The notes beneath the pieces are model-generated. The model was not told where the DNA came from. It searched no databases and saw only the letters and a program-made list of their open reading frames with translations. This document shows positions 27,893-39,719 of a DNA stretch of 64,000 nt, in pieces. Where the stretch lies: assembly GCA_951406725.2 (NCBI GenBank), contig OX597833.1, positions 62,806,001-62,870,000 of the forward strand, written 5' to 3'. Made by a program: the position numbers and the translations under genes. This stretch comes from Octopus vulgaris (Eukaryota). Numbering within the stretch: the stretch's first letter is position 1; each line of letters begins with the position of its first letter.

Positions 27893-28088
27893 GACTGCCT
27901 GTCTATTTGTCTGTCTGTCTGTCTGTCTGTCTACTTATGTTTATCGATCTATCTGTCAATGTATTTATCTCTCTGATTCTGACACACTATGTAAGTATAT
28001 ACACACACACATACATATATATACATATACATACATCAACCTTCATACGCATATATACGCACAATACACATACTATTATACAGAACTC

Positions 28089-28124
<36 letters not shown>

Positions 28125-28426
28125 GAGAAAATTCCTTTGTCTTTTACCTTCTTCCTGTTGCACATGTGTTCATTTTTCTCCTTTCCAAACCATTTAACAC
28201 CCTCATCGTACTAAACGATGGAAAGTAGAACAAAGAAACCCTCAAAAAACCAAAGACAAAAAAATAGGAAAAGAAAACGCGACTTCCTCCAATTCTTGCT
28301 TTTAAATTTGATCTTATCCAGTTTTGTGTTCTTTCATTCGGTTCGTATTTCTTTCCTCACTATCTTTCTCTCTCTGTCTGTCTGTCTGTCTCTCTCTCTC
28401 TCGTTCTTTCTCAGTCTGTCGATTAA

Positions 28427-28692
<266 letters not shown>

Positions 28693-28911
28693 GACTGACG
28701 GATGTGATGTCGTTTCGGCTCCGAAGGTAATCATTTATTTTGACTATTTAAAAGTGTATATTGACAAACATTTTTTGCTTAAAAGTTGTACAACAACATC
28801 CACTGTAAACCTTTGATAAATATCGACACAAAATTTTGCCCCTTGTGGGCAAAATTTAAAAGAAAAATTCTCATAGCCTTCGTGGTTTCATTTAGCCATT
28901 TTATTTCCAAA

Positions 28912-30675
28912 ATGGCCACTGACCACCACGAGGCTGAGTTGCAAGTCAAGCGTGACGGAGAAACAGAAAAACAGGATGCTCTGTTAGCATACGCCGAACC
29001 TGACAACTCCACCACCACCAACAGCAACAAATACAAAACAAAGGTCGCAAGGCCAAGCACCGTCAACACCATCAGTGAGTCCACCACCACCACCAACACC
29101 ATGGCAGAATCTGCTACTAAAACTGCTATCCCTACTAAAGATATTGCCACCAATAACAACACCAACATCACCATCACCGCCACCAAAGACCGTGCCGTCA
29201 ATGCTACAAATACTACCAACACCACAGCCGTCACCAAGAACGACAATAACAACAACAACAACGACGACAACAACAACTCCCTTCAACCACTGCTCACTCC
29301 ATCACCAACAAGTGAAAAAATAACGACGACAAGCAAACGAAATGTCGAATTTTGCCCTAGTGCAGGACTAAAGTACGCAGGCAATTTTCCACCCCTTCCT
29401 ACTTGCACGATCGAACCTAACACACCAATTTTACAAACTGCAGCCAACAACAACATCACCACAAGCAACAACAATAACAAAACAACAACAAATTTCGCTG
29501 AGGCGATTAAAGAAAAAAAAACAACAATATACTTTACGGCTCAACAATTACAGGACACGAACATCAAAATAACAGAATCAGAAGGTATCGTAAAAATTAA
29601 CATACCAGAAGATATTTTGGAAAATGAAAAAAGACGAACAATCATTTATAAAATAGTTAACAAAAAAACAAAAATCCCAGAGAAGGCCAACACAGGCAAA
29701 ATAGAGAAGTGCCTGAAACCCATCTGGGATCACAAAGAATATGTAACCTGGTGGAACAAATTTGCCCACATACAAGTCGTTTTCTACACCGAAGAGTTAG
29801 CTAGACATTTCTCAACGCTAACTCTTCACTCAGATGAACTCCAACTTACACCAAGCTATCGGGGACAGAAAGTGACTAAGATCACTCTAAACAATGTCCC
29901 CAAAATAGCCAATAGTCTATGGCTTGTAAAGGCTTTATGCATAAAAATGGCGAATTATACTATTTTGGAAACCACAGTCACAGAGCATAAAAACTGGGTG
30001 GGAAAGAAAATAGAATTTCTTCTACATATACATCATGAAGATATAAAAAAAATACCCACCCAGATATGTGTATCAGACGACCACAAGTTATATGTGGTCG
30101 TCGATGGCAGAAGACCACGTTGCTACATATGCGGCAGTGAGCAACATCTCAAAAAAGACTGCAAATCTGCCGCAAGAAAACAACAGCAGCCGGAAACAAA
30201 AACAAATAAACAAGGTCTACTACCCACACCACTTTTTGCAGGAACAAACCTCACCAAACAAACAACCACACCAACTGCAGCACCAAGAACAGAAGCAGCA
30301 TCACCAACAACAACAACCAAGAATATACCAACTCCCAAACCAAGGACATCTGCCAAAAAGACACCCAGCATAAATGAAGAAACAATTACAACTCCAAATC
30401 CCCACAAAATTGAGACCCTAAACAACACAACAATACCCACAATCACTCAAACACAAAATACCCAAACCCCACATCCAAAACCGCATACACCACAACCAAA
30501 CGCTCACCAACCAACACCAACAACAAAACCAACACAGTCGACAATAGACCCCAATACTTTCCCTCTTCCAGACTCCGATTCGTCTGATCTGTCATTAGAC
30601 GAAGAAGACACGGAAGATTGGCAAATAGCCACAGGGGGGAGAAGAAAAAGGGGAAAAAAAGAAAAGAAAAAATAA
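28912..30675 (+). CDS. Tx1-type ORF1 (gag-like nucleic-acid-binding protein), 587 aa from the first ATG
   Basis: AAAATGG start (MATDHH...), CCHC knuckle CYICGSEQHLKKDC, T/N/P-rich low-complexity flanks. Confidence 0.85.
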   Translation: MATDHHEAELQVKRDGETEKQDALLAYAEPDNSTTTNSNKYKTKVARPSTVNTISESTTTTNTMAESATKTAIPTKDIATNNNTNITITATKDRAVNATNTTNTTAVTKNDNNNNNNDDNNNSLQPLLTPSPTSEKITTTSKRNVEFCPSAGLKYAGNFPPLPTCTIEPNTPILQTAANNNITTSNNNNKTTTNFAEAIKEKKTTIYFTAQQLQDTNIKITESEGIVKINIPEDILENEKRRTIIYKIVNKKTKIPEKANTGKIEKCLKPIWDHKEYVTWWNKFAHIQVVFYTEELARHFSTLTLHSDELQLTPSYRGQKVTKITLNNVPKIANSLWLVKALCIKMANYTILETTVTEHKNWVGKKIEFLLHIHHEDIKKIPTQICVSDDHKLYVVVDGRRPRCYICGSEQHLKKDCKSAARKQQQPETKTNKQGLLPTPLFAGTNLTKQTTTPTAAPRTEAASPTTTTKNIPTPKPRTSAKKTPSINEETITTPNPHKIETLNNTTIPTITQTQNTQTPHPKPHTPQPNAHQPTPTTKPTQSTIDPNTFPLPDSDSSDLSLDEEDTEDWQIATGGRRKRGKKEKKK

Positions 30676-31052
30676 CAAACAAAGCGGGAAGATACACCAC
30701 TCCCGAAACAAAAACATCCACAGAAAACACACACATCAACACAAACACACCATCATCAAACCCCCCAAAAATGTTGACAGCCATAAACACAAACAACCAC
30801 GACCTAATGGAACACATTAGGTCAAACACTAACATTACTGAAAACGACATAAAAACAAGTAACCACCCACACACAACACCACCACAACACATTAAAATAA
30901 TACACGTGACACAGAACACATACAGCACCCTGAAATCTCTTTACCCTGATGCAGTAGGGAGATTTCAAAAGTACTCATCAAAAAAACTGTATAAAAGCCT
31001 CATAGAAGAAGACCGTGAGGTGAAAGACAAAGAACTTTCGAAAAACAAGTAA
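30618..31052 (+). CDS. Probable C-terminal continuation of ORF1 in the -1 frame
   Basis: Same A/C-rich composition as ORF1, overlaps the ORF1 end at an A-rich run, stops 42 nt before the ORF2 ATG. Confidence 0.55.
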   Translation: MANSHRGEKKKGKKRKEKITNKAGRYTTPETKTSTENTHINTNTPSSNPPKMLTAINTNNHDLMEHIRSNTNITENDIKTSNHPHTTPPQHIKIIHVTQNTYSTLKSLYPDAVGRFQKYSSKKLYKSLIEEDREVKDKELSKNK

Positions 31053-31094
31053 CCTTTTCTCTCTCCTTTTCCTTTTTTGCACTTTTATCGGAAC

Positions 31095-34000
31095 ATGCTC
31101 AGAATAGGTAGTATAAATGTACGTGGCTTGGGGTCGCCTTGGAAACAAGGCTACCTGTTAAATGACATCAAGTCACTAAATCTGAATATCATAGCCATCA
31201 GTGAGACCAGACTCCACAGCTTGCGGGCACTCCAGCACATTTTCGGTACACATTTCAACATTTATTTTTCTCCGTGTCTACCGAGAATGGGCGGAGGTGG
31301 CACCGCGGTGCTTATCCGGAAGAGTCTGGATCTCAAAGTAAGAGCAAATTTCCTAGACCCGGAGGGTAGGCTGGTCGTTTTGGATGTCGATGGCAGCAAT
31401 GAGTGTGCTTTTCGACTGATAGCAGTTTATGCTCCGTCCTTAACAGGCCGACCAGATTTCTTTCGACGTCTAGAGTCTTTCATGGGAACGTCTCGTCCTT
31501 TACTTTTAGTGGGGGATTGGAATGCCACCCTGGACACGCATCTAGACTACGTGGGCAGAGATAGCAATAGAAGGGGATGCAAATGCCTCAAAGACCTGCT
31601 CAGACGTTTCCAACTGTCTGACAGGTACCGACTGGACCACCCGAATGTGCCAATGTGGACATGGAGTAACCGCATCGGGTCGTCCAGATCATACTTAGAT
31701 AGAGTATTCTGTAGGACAATAGATAAAAATAGTGTAGGTTGTCCACAATTTCATATAGTCAGTTACACAGACCACAAGTTTGTGACTTGTACACTTGACT
31801 TAGATAAGACACATAGGCAGGGTCCTGGTTACTGGAAACTGAACGCGTCTTTTACAGCACGACAGGTTTACAGGGACCGGATCAGCACATTAGTTAAGAG
31901 AGCTTTGACGGGTACCATCATCAACAACAGATGGTGGTATGCCCTAAAAAAAGCGATTAAAGCAGAATCAGTCAGATACAGTAGAGCCCTAGCATTAGAC
32001 CGAAATAGAGTAGAGGGAGAATTAGTTAAGGTTTTAGAAGAGGCACTTAGAACTGGCATCGCGTCCAACGTACTGGCGGCGAGATTGGCCCTCGACCAAC
32101 ACCTCAACGCCAAACACGAGGGATGCGTTGTCAGAGCTAGGATGCGTGCTCTGAGGAACGAAGGAGTTGGAGCCGCCCAAGAGGCCCGAGTGGTGGAGAC
32201 GCAACGAGGCAACAGAGCCACCATCAAGTCTCTTATAGATGAACAGGGGCGCGAATTACTCGAGCCCAAAAGGATGTGTGGGGTTTTTCAACAACACTTC
32301 ACCCAACTGTTTGGGACAAGTGGTGAGTCAGAAAGCAGAGTGGACTTTAGTGCCTACCTGCATGCCTTGCCACGACTCTCAGCAAGGGAGGTGGAGTCTT
32401 GTGAAAAGCCTATCACAGCTGCGGACGTACAGGATGCGATGGTAGGCTGCGCGAGAGACAAGTCACCAGGCTTGGATGGTCTGCCCTACGAATTTTATTT
32501 TCATATGCCAGACTTGTTTGGAGGCGTCTTGGCAGCTGTCTACTGCAACTGGCAGCAGAACGGGAGTATTCCTGCTTTTGTAAAGCGAGGAGCAGTGGCA
32601 CTGATCAAGAAAGACCCAAACAAGGGGGACGTCATAGATAATTTCAGGCCCATCACTCTGCTCAACGCAGATTTGAAAATTTTGGCCAAGGTGTTAGCCG
32701 AGAGGTTGGCGCTTGTCATCAAGAAACTAATCGACAAGGCGCAAACATGCGCCGTGCCGGGTAGAAGTATTCATGACAACCTCCATCTGATGCGCTACAT
32801 CATAGACAGGGTAGTTAAAAATCCTGGCATGGGTGGGGCGCTGATCAATTTGGATCAATCAAAAGCCTTCGATAGGGTAGACCATCACTACTTGGAGGCT
32901 GTCCTCAAAGCGGCTGGTTTCGGTCCAGTTTTCCGCGGTTGGATCGCTGCCTTATACAGCGGCATCCGCTCAGTAGTTCGCGTAAATGGTCATCTATCCA
33001 GACCTTTTAACATCATGCGTTCGGTTCGTCAGGGATGCCCCCTCTCATCGCTGCTGTATGTACTGACTCTTGAGCCACTACTGCGGAAACTGGCGACGCT
33101 GAGGGGCATCCCACGAGAGCTGGGATGCGGGAGGAGCGTGTCTGCATACGCGGATGACGTCACCGTCATAGTGTCGAGCTACGAGCACATCGAGCTGGTC
33201 GGCGAGACACTGAAAGAATACGAAGCGGTAACGGGAGCAAAAATTAACCGGGAAAAGTCAGTGGGCTTGCGGCTCGGCACCTGGAGAAGCAAGCCCATGC
33301 CGTCCAACAGCGTCTCCATCGTGGGACGCTGGACGGACGGACCGGTTAAATTGCTCGGGGTCTGGTTCGGTCCGGACCTCCAAATGGAGAAGAACTGGGG
33401 CGAGATAACGACTAGGGTGGCTACTCTCACCCAGAAATGGACTGAGAGAAAGCTATCCCTAAAAGGTCGGGCGGAGGTGGCGAACGCGTACATCGCATCC
33501 GTCATCGAGTACCGTCTGACCGTCGTGCCTTGTCCCGACCCTACCATCACCAAACTGGAACGCATACTCTTCCGCTTCTTGTGGAAGGGAAACGTTCCGA
33601 TGGTTAGGCGATCCATTTGCTGCCAACACCCGCTAAATGGAGGGCTGGGCATGCCGTGGTTGATGATGCGCAGACATGCGCTGAGACTGCGACATCTCCG
33701 GCGCTTCATAGACAACGGTGAACAGGGGTGGTCGCCTTTTGTGCGGCGCGCTTTCCCGCAGCTCGTCTCCTTGGACGAACTACAGTCATGGATCAAGCAG
33801 AGACCGAGGCTAGGCGAATGGCACCGTGAGTGTCGCGTTGCTCTCAAGCAACTCTGCCGTCCGGGATCGAACTTGTGCGACTCCATCACAACAAAGGCAT
33901 TCTATAGAGGATTAGTGGAGGGGAGGTGCGACGACGAACTCGGGCAGAGTCTGGGCGTCGACGAGGAACACCTGACCCGCCTGTTCAGGACAACTTTCGG

Positions 34001-34532
34001 GCCGGGACCTATGAACAATCACCAAAGATCCCTGGCCTGGCAGTGCTATCGAGAAGCATTACCTGTTCGGGATAAGCTCTACAGACACGGTTCCAGACAC
34101 ACTGGACCGACTTGCCCGAGATGCGGTCAGAGCGACGAAACCGTTCTGCACGCACTCGTGCAATGTCCAACCATTTCCGACCTGTGGGCTTATGCCGAAC
34201 GGCTGCTGTCACGTGTGGGACGAATCCGCCTATCGGCCGAGTCTATCGTGAGAATTGCTCCGCCCCCTTCCCTCAACCGGGAAGGCAAGGCAGTTTTCAT
34301 CGTACTGGTGGCCATGGTGAAAGAATGTGTGTGGTGGACTCGAGCGAAAGGATTAGAGACAAACACTTACCTCTCTGGCCATTCGCTCATCAACTTTTTC
34401 AAGTACCACTTGAAAAGGAAGGTGAGAATGGAGAGGGAAGTTTTGTCTCGCGAAAGATTCAATAAAAGATGGGTGAATGTTGCAAAGATGGTGCGTGCTA
34501 GTAACGAAACCATTTTGAGCATGATCCTGTAG
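31095..34532 (+). CDS. ORF2: AP-endonuclease + reverse transcriptase + C-terminal zinc finger, 1145 aa from ATG
   Basis: APE motifs SINVRG, SETR, VYAP, GDWN, YLDRV, TDH; RT motifs KSPGLDG, FRPITLLN.D.KILAK, LDQSKAFDRV, RQGCPLS, YADD; CPRC...H...C; uninterrupted. Confidence 0.96.
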   Translation: MLRIGSINVRGLGSPWKQGYLLNDIKSLNLNIIAISETRLHSLRALQHIFGTHFNIYFSPCLPRMGGGGTAVLIRKSLDLKVRANFLDPEGRLVVLDVDGSNECAFRLIAVYAPSLTGRPDFFRRLESFMGTSRPLLLVGDWNATLDTHLDYVGRDSNRRGCKCLKDLLRRFQLSDRYRLDHPNVPMWTWSNRIGSSRSYLDRVFCRTIDKNSVGCPQFHIVSYTDHKFVTCTLDLDKTHRQGPGYWKLNASFTARQVYRDRISTLVKRALTGTIINNRWWYALKKAIKAESVRYSRALALDRNRVEGELVKVLEEALRTGIASNVLAARLALDQHLNAKHEGCVVRARMRALRNEGVGAAQEARVVETQRGNRATIKSLIDEQGRELLEPKRMCGVFQQHFTQLFGTSGESESRVDFSAYLHALPRLSAREVESCEKPITAADVQDAMVGCARDKSPGLDGLPYEFYFHMPDLFGGVLAAVYCNWQQNGSIPAFVKRGAVALIKKDPNKGDVIDNFRPITLLNADLKILAKVLAERLALVIKKLIDKAQTCAVPGRSIHDNLHLMRYIIDRVVKNPGMGGALINLDQSKAFDRVDHHYLEAVLKAAGFGPVFRGWIAALYSGIRSVVRVNGHLSRPFNIMRSVRQGCPLSSLLYVLTLEPLLRKLATLRGIPRELGCGRSVSAYADDVTVIVSSYEHIELVGETLKEYEAVTGAKINREKSVGLRLGTWRSKPMPSNSVSIVGRWTDGPVKLLGVWFGPDLQMEKNWGEITTRVATLTQKWTERKLSLKGRAEVANAYIASVIEYRLTVVPCPDPTITKLERILFRFLWKGNVPMVRRSICCQHPLNGGLGMPWLMMRRHALRLRHLRRFIDNGEQGWSPFVRRAFPQLVSLDELQSWIKQRPRLGEWHRECRVALKQLCRPGSNLCDSITTKAFYRGLVEGRCDDELGQSLGVDEEHLTRLFRTTFGPGPMNNHQRSLAWQCYREALPVRDKLYRHGSRHTGPTCPRCGQSDETVLHALVQCPTISDLWAYAERLLSRVGRIRLSAESIVRIAPPPSLNREGKAVFIVLVAMVKECVWWTRAKGLETNTYLSGHSLINFFKYHLKRKVRMEREVLSRERFNKRWVNVAKMVRASNETILSMIL

Positions 34533-34845
34533 ATCGTAAAAAAGAAAGAAAGGAAAAAAAAAAGAGAGCATTTTTGACCTCATGTGTTTTATTTCCTCCC
34601 TGACTGGGGTTCCCGTGGTCTTTTCTGTAGGCTTTTCTTCCCACGGATGAACCCAATCTTGTTATATCAATGTTTACACCATTATTTCTGTGATACACGA
34701 TTTTCTTTTTTTCCTTTTTTTCCTCCTCTCGATCCCTTTTGATCGCAATCTTACATTTTTATTTTTTTCCACCCTCGAAAAGAAAAGCTCTGCATTTGTA
34801 ATTGTCTCCTCTGTATTCAGCCCTGTGTGGCTAATAAAAGAAAGT

Positions 34846-35065
<220 letters not shown>

Positions 35066-35157
35066 GCTTCCCTCCCTCCCACCCCTCTCTCCTCAGATCA
35101 ATTACTGTCTTTCTTTATGGAGACACGAATGTATGTGTCCATGTATATATATACGCA

Positions 35158-35201
<44 letters not shown>

Positions 35202-35218
35202 CTATATATACATATATA

Positions 35219-35254
<36 letters not shown>

Positions 35255-35266
35255 TATATACATATG

Positions 35267-35310
<44 letters not shown>

Positions 35311-37612
35311 TATATACATACATACATATATACATACATACATATATACATACATATGTACATACAATTCCATTTCTGACTATATGGATGCACATATATA
35401 TGTGTGTGTGTGTGTGTATGTGTGTGTGTGTATACATATATATAGACCCAACCATATATACATACATACATGCATACATGCATTCACACATACATACACA
35501 CAAACAAACAAAGACGCACGCGCGCGCGCACATTTCTTTCGCTCACACATGCACACACACACACACACACATACACACACACACACACGCATACCATCAC
35601 AATCAAATACACGTGCATATATACGCACACACTCATGTCTTCTATTATAAATAACATCCACTTCTGCCACGGTCGAAATCTGCCAGGAATTTGTGGGGGA
35701 CGGGAAAAGTCTATTATATCGCCCCCCCCCACCAGTACATGACTGTTACTTTGCCTTGTCAGTCAATCTCCGAGAAGATGGAAGGCAAAGGGCTAACCTC
35801 GGCGAGATTTGAACCTACAATATAAAGAGTTGGAACAAACATCACAAAGTATTTTGTCGGACCCTTTAACGATTTTGCCAAACCAGCGCTCAAATAAAAA
35901 AAGACCCAAGCAACAAAAAACAACAACAATGTGTAGGAAAAATGTATAAGTTTATAGTTGTGTGTGTGTATATATATATGTATACACATATATACATATA
36001 TACACAATATATACATATATATATATATGTATATGCACACACGTATATGTATACACACTTACATGTGCATATATGTACTTTTTTATACATACATATATAT
36101 ATATACATGTGTGTGTGTGTGTGTGCATATACATGTGCACAAATATATATACGATTATCTGTGTGTATTTGCATTTATATATAATGACATAATATATATA
36201 TATATATACATATACATACGGTATATAACCTGTTGTATTTGTTCTTCTGCTACTTATCCATTTTTTTGTGGAATTATTTCCTTTATAGAATCTTTTCCAT
36301 GTTTTCTATTTTCTTTGTTCATTCTTTCTAGAGTTTCTCTATTTTCTCTGCTGAAATGGTAATTCCTCATGTGTAAAGACTATATTTCATCTCAACAGAG
36401 CTCTTAACTGTCCAGATATTCCATTTGATACATACAACTGTATACTTATGCAAACGCTCGTATATAAACACACACACACACACACACACACATACACACA
36501 CATATGCACTCGCTGAGTTACATACTCTTTTGCACACACATGCACACACGTGCTCACTCATTCACATACACACTTGTACACACAATCACTTATTCAAACA
36601 CACACACACACGTATGCGGGCGCACATATATACTTTATTGTTCAGTTTCGTATTTTTTTCACCAACTGCAACTATTACAGGATATTCAACGAACATAACC
36701 TCAAAGTTAGTTATAGTTGTGCAGAAAATTTGGCCTCTTTAATGTCTCCAGAAAGCAACAATACGAGCAAGAACGAAGAAAACACTGCGTATAAATGCAA
36801 TTAAAACTGCTACGTTTACTGACTAACCTGTTCAGGGCAATGGTCTTTGAGCAAGTTATCCTCTGTACTGGGAAAACGGGAAAGAGTGAGAGAGAGACAG
36901 AGAGGGAGAGACAGAGAGGGAGAGAAAGGGAGAAAGGGAAAGAAGAAGAGGGAGAAAGAGAGATGGGGAGAGAGAGGGAGAGAGAGAAAGAGAGCAAATG
37001 ACTTATAGAGAATAGGATTGCAGACACCAAGCCAGGGAGTACATCTTTTCAAGTTAAGACTTCGGTAGTGCCATATTGCGATGAAGGTATGCAGTTTGTT
37101 ATTTCAAAGTAGCAGAGGAATTTTTAGCATCATATATATATATATATACATACATAGAAATATACAGTGGTGTGTATGTGTGTGTGTGTGTGTATATAGA
37201 CACACACATATGTACACTATCCGGACTATAAATTGAAATCTCAATCGCTAGAGCAACACCCTAACTCCTGACCCATGCACTCATTCTCACACACATGCAC
37301 GCACACGTGCACCCCACCACACATTTGTCGCTTCTACTGGAGACATGCTAGAACAACTGCTGTGCTGATAACGTCAATTGAGGCAGAAACATGTGTTTTC
37401 AGTTGTAGTTCTGTTTCCATAAATCCTTTTCCCCCATTTGTACTGCAAAGTTTTTGGTGCACTTTCTGTGGAAGTATGTCTTTGATCTTAATACGATTCC
37501 TTGTTCTAAATGTTCGACCTATTCCACTAATAACATCTCTAAGAATTCTATAAGTCGTATAATTTTTTTTTATTCCAACGTCTGCTAATGATGATCCAGT
37601 CACCTAATAGCC

Positions 37613-37680
37613 TGCTCGCTTGATCGCATGATCGTTTCATCGCATGATCGTTTCATCGCTTGATCGCCTGATCGCCTTAT
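37613..37680. repeat. 8-bp tandem repeat (TGATCGCN-like), about 8 units
   Basis: tgatcgca tgatcgtt tcatcgca tgatcgtt tcatcgct tgatcgcc tgatcgcc. Confidence 0.85.
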
Positions 37681-37846
37681 GATGCATATCGTTGATCACG
37701 AAAGGTTAAGTAAATCAGCTTGATTAAGAGACATTGGTAAGGTTTCTTTTAATTACCCATAATCTATGACATGTATATATATAGCTAATTAGTTATGCAT
37801 ATAAACATAAAAGTATGCGTACCTACCTACCTACCTACCTACCTAC

Positions 37847-37911
<65 letters not shown>

Positions 37912-38151
37912 CATCTATCTATATGTATTATGTTTATGTTTTCCAGTTTCAGCTCTTGAGCTGTGGCCATGCTGGGGCACCGCCATTTATATATATATAT
38001 ATATATCGTGAAAAGGTTGGATAAAAATTCAAATCGGACCATGTTAACACCAAAAATTATTTACATCAAAAAGGTGCCTTTTTTTCTATGAAAATCCCTA
38101 TTTGTTTACGATTTTTTGACTGCTGTGCTTTCCACGTGGTGAATACGTTAT

Positions 38152-38185
<34 letters not shown>

Positions 38186-38199
38186 TGCGTGTATATATG

Positions 38200-38397
38200 T
38201 ATGTCCAGGTTGGACCGCAAAAATCTACAAGTTGTTTTTCATTCTCTCTCTGTTTATTTCCTCTTATTCCTTTCTGTTGAAGAGCGTAGGCTCGAAACGT
38301 AAAAGATACTTTCATTTTCCCGAGCGTTAAACTAATACACCTGCTTGTTGTTCCTACACCTGTCTTCGTCTTTAGCTTTTCTTTAAATTTCTACTAT
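38200..38397 (+). mobile_element. Penelope-pLTR-like short element with hammerhead variant (38270-38305)
   Basis: CTTT-CTGTTGA-A-GAGC-GTAG-GCTC-GAAAC-GTA-AAAG. Confidence 0.7.
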
Positions 38398-39378
38398 ATA
38401 TATATATATATATATATGTTTATTTTATATTTGTATGCGTGTATACATGTGTATGACTATTGTATATGTATGTATTTATGTGTGCGTTTCAAGGCTTATA
38501 CAGAAGGGTTTTTGTATCTTATTGTTTGATACATAAGAACGCTATTTTCAAATCATTTTCTCTCTCTCTTTCTATTTTCTCTCTCCCTATTTTTCCTCTT
38601 CCTCATACCATTTCTTTTCTTCCTCCCACCTCTTCTTTTTCTGATTCCTTTTTTAAGGAATCAGATTAAGAGCAACAAAGTTGTGCGCGTAGAATATACG
38701 TACGGAGAATATGATGTATATATTTATGTTTGTAGCATCTCTTACATTCCTGTCTCATGACTTTCATCTCTTATGTTCATCTCCTATATTCCTGCCTCAA
38801 AGCTTTCACTCTACACATGCCAGCTCAACTTGATTCGTCTTTATTAGTCGAAAGACACCTGTTCTTATTTTCTTGTTTGTATTTGTAATTGTGTAACATT
38901 TTCTCTGTTTTGTTTTGTCTTTCTTGTCGTACACATTCACTGGCTTTGTCCTAAAAATTTAATGCAGTTAGCTAAGATTTTTGGGGCCTGCAAGATTTGA
39001 AGAGTCTCAAGTGTAACCTGCCGAAACTGTAAGAATAATTTGGCAACTTGACTGATGAGAGGATGCTACGAATAACTCGTCATTGTTTTTTCCTGTCCGT
39101 CTTTTTATTGTTTTTCCTGTCCGTGTTTGTATCGTCTCTCTCTCTCTCTCTCTGGATGCTTTATTGGCGTTCTTGTTCCATCTTTTGGATTTATATATAT
39201 ATAGCGGCGTACGTACACATTTACTTACCTATATATTTACTAATGTATATATATATATCCACATTTATATTTTGCCTGTATATGTTTGTATATATGTATG
39301 CATGTATCAACCTTTGTATGTTTCGATATTATTATTATTATTATTATTGTTGTTATTGTTATTATTATTATTATCATT

Positions 39379-39456
39379 ATTCAGGTCCCTGCCTGGAATC
39401 GAACTCGGAATCTTGGGGTTAGTAGCCCGCGCTCTTAACCACTACGCCATATGCCC
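39379..39456 (-). mobile_element. SINE family G head (tRNA-like) followed by (AAT)n
   Basis: tggcgtagtgg A-box and gagttcgattcc B-box; matches 48867-48947. Confidence 0.85.
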
Positions 39457-39719
39457 GGCAGGCTTCTTTCAGTTTCCGTCTACCAAATCCACTCACAAAG
39501 CTTTGTTCGGCTTGAGAATATAGTAGAAGAGATTCGCCCAAGGTACCACGCAGTGGAGCTGAACCCGAAACCATCTGCTTGGGATGCAAGCTTCTTACCA
39601 CACAGCCATGACTGCGACTCTATTCATTTAAAAAAAATTATTCTACAATCCCACGAGGATGAAAGGTAAAGTTGATCTCGGCATAATTTGAAGCCAGAAT
39701 GTAAAAAATCTTGAAAAAA

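Larger units (their letters stand above)
28691..34845 (+). mobile_element. Near-intact, probably full-length L1/Tx1-clade non-LTR retrotransposon inserted in (TATC)n
   Basis: 5' UTR, ORF1, ORF2, T-rich 3' UTR with AATAAA at 34833-34838, no poly(A) tract, both ends abut TATC repeats. Confidence 0.93.

Noticed and set aside
28148-28210. 63-nt minus-strand candidate exon with AG/GT borders
   Set aside because: Open in two frames, with no recognisable homology or partner exons; chance splice-like signals are common in this composition.
33179-33889. 236-aa antisense ORF (and 31868-32269) inside ORF2
   Set aside because: Shadow frames of a GC-rich coding region with no recognisable motifs.
31095-34532. 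GC-rich RT ORF as bacterial contamination, retron or group II intron
   Set aside because: N-terminal APE domain, upstream CCHC ORF1, AATAAA and seamless microsatellite flanks identify a eukaryotic LINE.
37334-37603. Minus ORF with GGKGF faintly like R4/Dong RT GGRGL
   Set aside because: Similarity is too weak to call without a search.
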